Shown here in pieces: positions 17,874-24,000 of a stretch of 24,000 nt of DNA. Source of the stretch: Streptococcaceae bacterium (lineage in GTDB: Bacteria > Bacillota > Bacilli > Lactobacillales > Streptococcaceae); NCBI GenBank assembly GCA_022484805.1, contig JAKVKP010000028.1, positions 10,409-34,408 on the forward strand. Direction: 5' to 3'. The position numbers and the translations under genes were made by a program. Position 1 is the stretch's first letter, and every line of letters begins with the position of its first letter. The notes beneath the pieces are model-generated. The model ran no database searches, was not told the origin of the DNA, and saw only the letters and a program-made list of their open reading frames with translations.

Positions 17874-18056
17874 TTATTTCTTTTTGATTTCACCATGAGG
17901 GAAATAGGTACCCTCTGGCATATCATTAATAAAAACGTGAATTGCCTCCTTCGGTGCCTTTGCAACGCGGCTTACCACTTCGGTTACTTCTTTAGCTAAT
18001 TCAGCTTTTTGCTCGTCTGTTCGACCTTCAAATAAATCAATTTTAACAAATGGCAT
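17874..18056 (-). CDS. 4-oxalocrotonate tautomerase family enzyme
   Basis: 60 aa. 'MPFVKIDLFEGRT' gives the catalytic Pro-1 after Met removal. Typical length and beta-alpha-beta pattern. SD AAGGAG lies upstream. Confidence 0.85.
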   Translation of the reverse strand: MPFVKIDLFEGRTDEQKAELAKEVTEVVSRVAKAPKEAIHVFINDMPEGTYFPHGEIKKK

Positions 18057-18083
18057 TTAATTAACTCCTTCTTTTTATTTATC

Positions 18084-18092
18084 ATTATAACA
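18084..18092 (-). promoter_or_regulatory. Extended -10 promoter of the tautomerase gene (TGTTATAAT)
   Basis: The minus strand reads AGATATGTTATAAT, with the hexamer ending 27 nt (18083-18057) upstream of the ATG at 18056. Confidence 0.45.
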
Positions 18093-18165
18093 TATCTAAT
18101 TTTATTGCGTATTTAGAAATAAATTCAATATTATTTACCAAATATATAGTGAAAATGTAGAGAAA

Positions 18166-18174
18166 TGCTATAAT
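18166..18174 (+). promoter_or_regulatory. Extended -10 promoter of the GNAT-M42 pair (TGCTATAAT)
   Basis: Read directly from the sequence. About 35 nt upstream of ATG 18209. Confidence 0.5.
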
Positions 18175-18208
18175 TTAAGATAAATCAATTCAATTACTGA
18201 GGTGCAAA

Positions 18209-18649
18209 ATGAAAATATTGAGCAGTCGAGATACACTATCCAATATCTATTTTGATGGTTTAAAAATACGAAATACGGTCTTTGTTAAGGAGCAAGGCGT
18301 GCCACCTGAATTAGAAATTGATCGATTGGAGGCCTTTTGCATTTATCTCGTTTATTACAACGATCAAAATGAAGCATGCGGTGTGCTTCGTCTATATCCC
18401 GATGCACAGAGTAAGCAAATTCAGCTACAAAGGCTTGCAGTTCTAAAATCTGCTCGAGGCAATAATATTGGAAAATCATTAATTCTATTTGCAGAGCAAT
18501 TTGCCAAAAAATTGGGCTTTCAAACCATTGATTTGCATGCCCAAATTCAGGCTGAAATTTTCTATCAAAAATTAGGCTATCAAGCGTACGGTGAAAAATT
18601 TGAAGATGCAGGCATTATACATATTGCAATGCGAAAGGAGTTAAAATGA
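18209..18649 (+). CDS. GNAT family N-acetyltransferase
   Basis: 146 aa. Acetyl-CoA motif A 'LQRLAVLKSARGNNIGKSLI'. SD GAGG six nt upstream. Confidence 0.8.
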   Translation: MKILSSRDTLSNIYFDGLKIRNTVFVKEQGVPPELEIDRLEAFCIYLVYYNDQNEACGVLRLYPDAQSKQIQLQRLAVLKSARGNNIGKSLILFAEQFAKKLGFQTIDLHAQIQAEIFYQKLGYQAYGEKFEDAGIIHIAMRKELK

Positions 18650-19725
18650 ACACAGCACTCATTCAAAAAATTAAAGAAGTGACCGAGCTCCAGGGGACCT
18701 CAAGCTTTGAAGGCGAGATTCGTGATTATCTTCATACACACCTAGAAAAATATAGTGACCAAATTGAGTACGATGGATTAGGTGGTATTTTTGCAATTAA
18801 ACAAAGTAAAACTAAAAATGCGCCAACCATTTTAGTTGTTGCGCATATGGACGAGGTTGGCTTCATGGTGAGTGAAATTACCGAGAATGGCTTTTTTAGA
18901 GTTGTGCCAATTGGTGGTTGGAATCCAATGGTCATTCAGGCGCAACGCTTCACATTGATTACTAAGCAAAACAAAAAAATACCAGTTGTTTCAAGCTCAA
19001 TTCCGCCTCACTTATTAAGAGGTACTGACGGTAAACCTGTAATTCCCAAAATAGAGGATATTCTATTTGATGGTGGCTTCAATGACGCGCAGGAAGTTAA
19101 GCATTTTGGCATTCAAAAAGGTGACTTTATTATTCCAGATACGCAGGCTACCGTAACCGCTAATCAGCAAAATATGATAGCAAAATCATGGGACAACCGT
19201 TTTGGTATCTTAATGGTTATCGAAGCCATTGAAGCGTTAAATAATATTGATTTAGCTATTAATCTTGTCATTGGCGCGAATGTTCAAGAAGAGGTTGGCT
19301 TACGTGGTGCTCATGTATCGACTAATAAATTCAAGCCTGACCTCTGCTTTGCAATTGATTGCTCACCTGCTGATGATATTGATAAGGCTGATGCGAATGG
19401 TGCGATTAATCAAGGTCCAATTATTAGACTTTTTGATCCTGGGCATATCATGCTTCAGCAAATGAAAAATTTTGTTGTGGAAACAGCTGAATCAAATGAT
19501 ATTCCCTTTCAATACTATTTTGGCAAGGGCGGTACTGACGCAGGCGCAACACATTTGAAGCAAAATGGTATTCCAAGCACAACTATCGGTGTTGTCGCAA
19601 GATATATTCATTCTCATCAAACTCTTTTTAGCTTGGCAGATTTTGAAAATGCGCAAAAATTATTAATTGCTATCTTAAAGCAGCTCAACACAAAAACAGT
19701 TAATCAGATTAAAAATTTTGAATAG
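18646..19725 (+). CDS. M42 family metallo-aminopeptidase (glutamyl aminopeptidase PepA / YsdC-like)
   Basis: 359 aa. 'VVAHMDEVGFMV', 'SWDNRFG', 'QEEVGLRGA' and 'GGTDAG' are M42 metal and catalytic motifs. ATGA overlap with the GNAT stop. Confidence 0.85.
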   Translation: MNTALIQKIKEVTELQGTSSFEGEIRDYLHTHLEKYSDQIEYDGLGGIFAIKQSKTKNAPTILVVAHMDEVGFMVSEITENGFFRVVPIGGWNPMVIQAQRFTLITKQNKKIPVVSSSIPPHLLRGTDGKPVIPKIEDILFDGGFNDAQEVKHFGIQKGDFIIPDTQATVTANQQNMIAKSWDNRFGILMVIEAIEALNNIDLAINLVIGANVQEEVGLRGAHVSTNKFKPDLCFAIDCSPADDIDKADANGAINQGPIIRLFDPGHIMLQQMKNFVVETAESNDIPFQYYFGKGGTDAGATHLKQNGIPSTTIGVVARYIHSHQTLFSLADFENAQKLLIAILKQLNTKTVNQIKNFE

Positions 19726-19750
19726 CTATTCCTTGTCATCATCAATACTC

Positions 19751-19787
19751 AAAAAAACCGTTATCAGCTTAATGATAACGGTTTTTT
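19751..19787. terminator. Bidirectional terminator between convergent M42 peptidase gene and fruA
   Basis: AACCGTTATCA-gcttaa-TGATAACGGTT, a perfect 11-bp stem flanked by an A7 run and a T6 run. Confidence 0.85.
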
Positions 19788-19799
19788 ATTATGTTTAAA

Positions 19800-21761
19800 T
19801 TATTTTGCTGCTGGTGCTTTCTTTAATAGACCTAAGATGACACCTGAAACAATTGCACCAATTACTACACTTACAATGTAGAGTAATGGGTTAGTCGTTA
19901 AAGCAATTACGAAGATACCACCATGTGGTGCAAGTAATTTAATACCGAATAAACCAACTAAACCACCAGATAATGCTGAACCAATCACAAATGAAGGAAT
20001 CGCACGTGCTGGGTCAGAAGCGGCAAATGGAATTGCACCCTCTGTAATAAATGATAGACCCATAACAATATTTGTTAAACCAGCATCTTGTTGTTCTTTG
20101 TTGAATTTATCCTTGAATAATAATGTTGCCACGAAAATTGCTAATGGTGGAACCATACCACCTGCCATTACAGCAGCCATTACAACACTACCACCTGTAG
20201 AAATACTTGCAGCAAGTGTACCTGTACCAAAGATGTAAGCAGCCTTATTAACTGGACCACCCATATCGATTGCCATCATACCACCTAGAACTAAGCCCAT
20301 TAAGACAGCACTTGTACCAGATAAGCTTTCAAGGAAGTTATTTAAACCAGTGTTAATTGCCGCCATCGGAATGTTAACAAACAACATTAAGAAACCGGTC
20401 AAGAATACACCTAAAACTGGATAAATTAAAATTGAAACAATTCCGTTTAGTGAACGTGGAACATTGGCAAAAATTTTCTTAAGTAGGATTATAACACCGC
20501 CGGCTAAGAAACCACCAACAAGTGCTCCTAAGAAACCAGAAGGTACACCTGCTAACGCTAATGTATCTTCACCGCCAGAAGCGAATGGAACCTTGCCGAA
20601 AGCTAAACCGCTTGAAGCGATACTACCAGCAACGAATCCAGAAACTAAACCAGGTTTTTCAGCAATTGAATAAGCAATATATCCAGATAAGACCGGTAAC
20701 ATAAATGCAAAGGCAGCACTACCAACATTTTTAAACCAAGCAGCAAGCTCATTATAAGAACCTAACTGTGATAGCTGATCCTGTGGCACACCCATCGCAT
20801 TATCAATTAAGAAGGCGATGGCAATTAAAATACCACCACCAATAACGAATGGTAACATTTGTGAAACACCACTCATTAAGTGTTTATAAAATTTCTTACC
20901 AAGACCAGCAGCTTCTTCACCATCATCAGATTTTGAAGTTTCACCAGAGCCTTCAAAAATTGGTGCTTTACCACTAATTGCTAGGTCGATTAATTCTTCT
21001 GTTTTACGAATACCATCTGCCACTGGGCGATTAACTAGATGCTTGCCTGCAAAACGTTCCATTTCAACCGCCTTATCAGCAGCCACAATAACGCCATCTG
21101 CCTGCGCAATATCTGCAGCAGTCAAACGGTTACCAACACCACTAGCACCATTAGTTTCAACTTTAATATTGATACCAAGCTCTGCCGCTTTCTTTTTAAG
21201 CGCTTCTTCTGCCATATAGGTATGTGCAATCCCAGTTGTACATGCCGTTACAGCAACTAAATACTTGTCGCTTTGAATTGTTGGCGTTGGTTCTGGTTGA
21301 GCAACCTCTTTTTCTTCAGCTTCAAACAATCCAATCACTTGATCAGGTGTTTCAGCTGCTCTTAATTTATCAATAAATCCAGCTTTCATTAAGTATTGAG
21401 ATAATGATGCCAAAGCCTTTAAATGTGTATCATTTGCACCAGCAGGTGCAGCAATCATAAAGAATACATATACAGGTTGACCATCTAAAGCTTCATAGTC
21501 AATTCCCGCTTTAGATTTAGCAAATAAAATAGTTGCCTCTTTGACCGCTTCATTTTTAGCGTGCGGCATTGCAATACCTTCGCCTAAACCAGTTGAAGTT
21601 TGTGCTTCACGATTCAAAATGCCAGTTTTAAATACTTCTTTATTTGTAATACGACCCGCTTCATATAATTTATCAACCATTTCATCAATTGCTGAAGCTT
21701 TGTCTGTTGCTTGAAGATCCAGAATCATTGCTTGTTTAATTAATAAATCTGTAATTTTCAT
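19800..21761 (-). CDS. fruA: PTS fructose-specific EIIABC component
   Basis: 653 aa. N-terminal IIA ('GEGIAMPHAK' His), IIB ('VTACTTGIAHTYMA' Cys), and a C-terminal Gly/Ala-rich polytopic IIC. SD AAAGGAG lies upstream. Confidence 0.92.
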   Translation of the reverse strand: MKITDLLIKQAMILDLQATDKASAIDEMVDKLYEAGRITNKEVFKTGILNREAQTSTGLGEGIAMPHAKNEAVKEATILFAKSKAGIDYEALDGQPVYVFFMIAAPAGANDTHLKALASLSQYLMKAGFIDKLRAAETPDQVIGLFEAEEKEVAQPEPTPTIQSDKYLVAVTACTTGIAHTYMAEEALKKKAAELGINIKVETNGASGVGNRLTAADIAQADGVIVAADKAVEMERFAGKHLVNRPVADGIRKTEELIDLAISGKAPIFEGSGETSKSDDGEEAAGLGKKFYKHLMSGVSQMLPFVIGGGILIAIAFLIDNAMGVPQDQLSQLGSYNELAAWFKNVGSAAFAFMLPVLSGYIAYSIAEKPGLVSGFVAGSIASSGLAFGKVPFASGGEDTLALAGVPSGFLGALVGGFLAGGVIILLKKIFANVPRSLNGIVSILIYPVLGVFLTGFLMLFVNIPMAAINTGLNNFLESLSGTSAVLMGLVLGGMMAIDMGGPVNKAAYIFGTGTLAASISTGGSVVMAAVMAGGMVPPLAIFVATLLFKDKFNKEQQDAGLTNIVMGLSFITEGAIPFAASDPARAIPSFVIGSALSGGLVGLFGIKLLAPHGGIFVIALTTNPLLYIVSVVIGAIVSGVILGLLKKAPAAK

Positions 21762-21784
21762 TTTTTCTCCTTTGTGTAAAAATA

Positions 21785-21814
21785 ATTATAAATTCGAGCA
21801 TAATGCCCAATCAA
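21785..21814 (-). promoter_or_regulatory. Candidate internal promoter in the fruK-fruA spacer
   Basis: The minus strand reads TTGATT, an 18-nt spacer, then TATAAT. The hexamer ends 23 nt (21784-21762) upstream of the fruA ATG. Confidence 0.3.
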
Positions 21815-21852
21815 CCCAAAATTAATGCAATTAAAATAATAACGTTTTATTA

Positions 21853-22767
21853 TTAATTTAATTTTTCGATTACAACTTGCTTAGAAATTTCTTTTATAAA
21901 ATCAGCAGTTGCTAAATCATCTGAAAAAGCAGTTGCACTACCACAGGCAACGCCGTATTTAAAGCTTTCAACAGCGTCATTCGTTTTATGGAAGGTCCCA
22001 ACAAATCCAGCAATCATTGAATCACCTGCACCCACGGAATTCTTTACCTGACCTTTAATTGGTTTAGCAAAATAATTACCTTCTTTAGTGAAAAGTAATG
22101 CACCGTCGCCTGCCATTGAAACCATCACGTGTTTAGCACCATCTTTTAATAGGCGTTCTCCGTAAGGAATAATTTCATCAATCGAATTTAAAGTAACATC
22201 ATAAATATCGCCTAGCTCGTGATTATTTGGCTTAATCACTAATGGCTCCTTAGGTAGAGCATGAAGTAAAGTATCACCTTCAATATCAATTACAAAATCT
22301 GCTCCGGCTGCTTTAACAATCTCAATTAATGACTCATAAACTTTATTACCGAGACTTCTGGGCGCACTTCCAGCAAAGACAACAATATCTTCTGCAGTCA
22401 AATTACTTAATTTTTGCTCTAAATCTTCCAACTCGGCTGGCAAAATTTTAGGACCGGCACCATTAATTTCAGTTTCTAAATCCGATTTTACCTTAACATT
22501 AATACGAGTATCTTCAGAAATTGCAGTAAAATCTGAATTAATTGCCTCAGCCTCTAAGGTGTCTGCAATAAATTTTCCTGTAAATCCACCAACAAATCCA
22601 AGAGCTGCTGATTCTGAATCAATTTGCTTTAAAACGCGTGAAACATTAATTCCTTTACCACCAGCAAACTTGTCATCACTTTCCATTCGATTCACTTCAC
22701 CAAGCTTTAAGCTTTCTAAACGAACAATAAAGTCAATTGATGGGTTCAGTGTTACAGTATAAATCAT
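21853..22767 (-). CDS. fruK: 1-phosphofructokinase (PfkB family)
   Basis: 304 aa. 'GGKGINVSRVL' and 'GAGDSMIAGF' are PfkB signatures. It lies between fruR and fruA. SD GGAGG lies upstream. Confidence 0.9.
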   Translation of the reverse strand: MIYTVTLNPSIDFIVRLESLKLGEVNRMESDDKFAGGKGINVSRVLKQIDSESAALGFVGGFTGKFIADTLEAEAINSDFTAISEDTRINVKVKSDLETEINGAGPKILPAELEDLEQKLSNLTAEDIVVFAGSAPRSLGNKVYESLIEIVKAAGADFVIDIEGDTLLHALPKEPLVIKPNNHELGDIYDVTLNSIDEIIPYGERLLKDGAKHVMVSMAGDGALLFTKEGNYFAKPIKGQVKNSVGAGDSMIAGFVGTFHKTNDAVESFKYGVACGSATAFSDDLATADFIKEISKQVVIEKLN

Positions 22768-22797
22768 TAAATCCTCCTCTAGTTATCTTACTCTAGC

Positions 22798-23514
22798 TTA
22801 CCAATTATAAGTTAAGCCTTTTTGATTTGTAATTAATTCTGCTTCATCTAGGCTGCCAATCTTACTAAATGTCACCTTATCTAGTTTCGAATCATCCGCC
22901 AGCACATAAGCATGTTCACAGGCCTTTAAAACTGCTCTTTTCACCATTGCCTCTAAGGGATCCGGCGTTGAGAAGCCAAAATGACGATGAACGCCATTCG
23001 CCCCAATAAATGCACGATTAATTTGATAAGTCTCTAGCTGTTTAATTGCCTGCATTCCAATAATCGCATCTGTGGTATTTTTGATGGGTCCACCTAAAAT
23101 AAAAGTTTCAATACCTAAGTTGATCAAGTTGGTTGCATGATGTAATGAATTGGTAACGACCTTTAACGAGTCATCCTTCAACAAGGGAATCATAAAACTT
23201 GTGGTTGTACCTGCATCGATATAGACAACTTCTCCACTTTGGATCTCTTTACGTGCCTTTTGAGCGATTTCTATTTTTTCTTGCGTATTTTTGCTTGTTT
23301 TCTCCAAATAAGTCGGCTCATCAATTTTCGATTTTTTTTCAGCACCACCATGTATTCGGACAAGTTTTCCCTGCGCCTCCAATCGAGCTAAATCACGCCT
23401 AATCGTTGATTCTGAAGCATCGTAACGTTCAGCAAGTTCAGCAGTTGCAACACGAGAGCACTCCTCCAGATAGCGAATTATTAAATCTTCTCTCTCTTTT
23501 GTAAGCATTTTCAT
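22798..23514 (-). CDS. fruR: DeoR-family transcriptional repressor of the fructose operon
   Basis: N-terminal HTH 'ELAERYDASESTIRRDLARLE' plus a DeoR C-terminal sugar-phosphate sensor domain. The start is ambiguous between GTG 23517, ATG 23514 and ATG 23508. ATG 23514 has the best spacing (5 nt) to GAGG. Confidence 0.88.
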   Translation of the reverse strand: MKMLTKEREDLIIRYLEECSRVATAELAERYDASESTIRRDLARLEAQGKLVRIHGGAEKKSKIDEPTYLEKTSKNTQEKIEIAQKARKEIQSGEVVYIDAGTTTSFMIPLLKDDSLKVVTNSLHHATNLINLGIETFILGGPIKNTTDAIIGMQAIKQLETYQINRAFIGANGVHRHFGFSTPDPLEAMVKRAVLKACEHAYVLADDSKLDKVTFSKIGSLDEAELITNQKGLTYNW

Positions 23515-23534
23515 CACACCCTCAAGTTTATAAT

Positions 23535-23562
23535 ATCATCACTTTCAATTAAAATCAATCAA
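23535..23562 (-). promoter_or_regulatory. TGA-rich repeat cluster upstream of fruR (candidate FruR operator/promoter region)
   Basis: The minus strand reads TTGATTGATTTTAATTGAAAGTGATGAT, just upstream of the fruR SD. DeoR-type FruR proteins autoregulate fruRKA operons. The exact operator consensus could not be recalled reliably. Confidence 0.25.
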
Positions 23563-23579
23563 AAACGCGCAAAAAAGTA

Positions 23580-23588
23580 TGATATAAT
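23580..23588 (+). promoter_or_regulatory. Extended -10 promoter (TGATATAAT) for the 44-aa ORF
   Basis: Read directly from the sequence. About 85 nt upstream of ATG 23675. Confidence 0.4.
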
Positions 23589-23674
23589 TTCCATTATTAC
23601 TATCGCTACGTTTGCACTATTATTATCACCGATTAATTAACAAAAAACGATATTCATAATAAAAAGGAGTCCTT

Positions 23675-23809
23675 ATGGGAAAGTATCAATTGGATGAAAA
23701 ACAAAAAAAATTAAATCAAAAATACACTGGTGTGGCAATGAAACAATTATCACAAAAAGAAAAAATTGCACAATTAAAAGAAAAGGTCAAAACTAAGCAT
23801 TCTAAATAA
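23675..23809 (+). CDS. Small lysine-rich hypothetical protein, 44 aa (MGKYQLDEKQKKLNQKYTGVAMKQLSQKEKIAQLKEKVKTKHSK)
   Basis: Absent from the ORF track because it is under 60 aa. Strong SD AAAGGAG five nt before the ATG, an upstream extended -10 (23580-23588), and a 12-bp perfect-stem terminator starting 19 nt after the stop. Confidence 0.55.
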   Translation: MGKYQLDEKQKKLNQKYTGVAMKQLSQKEKIAQLKEKVKTKHSK

Positions 23810-23827
23810 TTTTCTAAGCAAGAAACA

Positions 23828-23874
23828 ACCTATTATCTATTCAATTCAATTGACTAGATAATAGGTCTTTTATT
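23828..23874. terminator. Shared terminator between the 44-aa ORF (+) and tkt (-)
   Basis: ACCTATTATCTA (23828-23839) against TAGATAATAGGT (23855-23866), a perfect 12-bp stem with a 15-nt loop, followed by CTTTTATTTT on the plus strand. Confidence 0.7.
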
Positions 23875-24000
23875 TTATAGATTTAAAAATTTTGAAACAA
23901 TATTTTCAACAGTAAAGCCATATTCTTCAAAGATTTTATCACCTGGTGCCGATGCGCCATAGCGATCAACGGTTACTGTGCCACCTTCTAAGCCAACATA
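23875..24000 (-). CDS. tkt: Transketolase, C-terminal 41 codons (5' part lies outside the window)
   Basis: My own reverse-strand translation gives '...YVGLEGGTVTVDRYGASAPGDKIFEEYGFTVENIVSKFLNL*'. 'FGASAPG..(F/Y)GFT.ENV' is the conserved transketolase C-terminus. Confidence 0.75.
   Translation of the reverse strand, partial: YVGLEGGTVTVDRYGASAPGDKIFEEYGFTVENIVSKFLNL

Noticed and set aside
23603-23616. A cre-like sequence (minus-strand TGCAAACGTAGCGA) between fruR and the 44-aa ORF.
   Set aside because: It has four mismatches to TGWAANCGNTNWCA, including a mismatch at the conserved flanking C. Too weak to call CcpA control.
1-24000. Searched the whole window for a defence, mobile or otherwise novel multi-gene system: CRISPR repeats, IS ends, integrases, TA pairs, restriction-modification genes, nucleases or ATPases of unknown function, and compositional islands.
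   Set aside because: Every ORF over 100 aa except one has a clear housekeeping identity. Gene order matches conserved Firmicute synteny, composition is uniform, and no direct or inverted repeats flank any segment. Claiming a novel system here would be unsupported.

Overview
This window reads as an ordinary, syntenic core-genome stretch of a low-GC Firmicute, most likely Lactobacillales-like. GC is in the mid-30s % by eye (not computed) and looks uniform across the window. I support 23 protein-coding genes, 19 of them on the minus strand. In coordinate order they are: nrdR-dnaB-dnaI (replication and dNTP control); gltB-gltD (glutamate synthase); zwf; one uncharacterised 289-aa protein; ppaC; a yebC-family gene; tmcAL; the conserved yhbY-nadD-yqeK / rsfS-yqeM cluster; a 4-oxalocrotonate-tautomerase-like gene; a translationally coupled GNAT and M42 aminopeptidase pair; the fruR-fruK-fruA fructose PTS operon; a 44-aa lysine-rich ORF that the ORF track missed; and the 3' end of tkt. 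I found no tRNA or rRNA, IS or transposase, integrase, CRISPR array, toxin-antitoxin pair, restriction or defence gene, phage remnant or compositional island. I therefore see no evidence for a novel multi-gene system here. The items worth a second look are all small-scale. (1) An in-frame TAG sits directly against the GTG start of dnaB and is preceded by a 13-codon ATG-initiated in-frame stretch. (2) A 239-bp spacer splits the normally contiguous yqeK-rsfS junction and carries a terminator-like hairpin, a promoter and a leader of about 100 nt. (3) About 260 bp between the gltD terminator and the nrdR promoter is unassigned. (4) The gltB control region has a near-consensus promoter, a CodY-like box and a perfect 9-bp inverted repeat, but no adjacent regulator gene. 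(5) A 13/14 inverted repeat at the yhbY promoter places an extended -10 element on each strand. (6) The 289-aa and 44-aa proteins are uncharacterised. Several ORF-track N-termini were shortened to starts that have a Shine-Dalgarno sequence. All product calls rest on motif recognition from the translations; no database search was possible.
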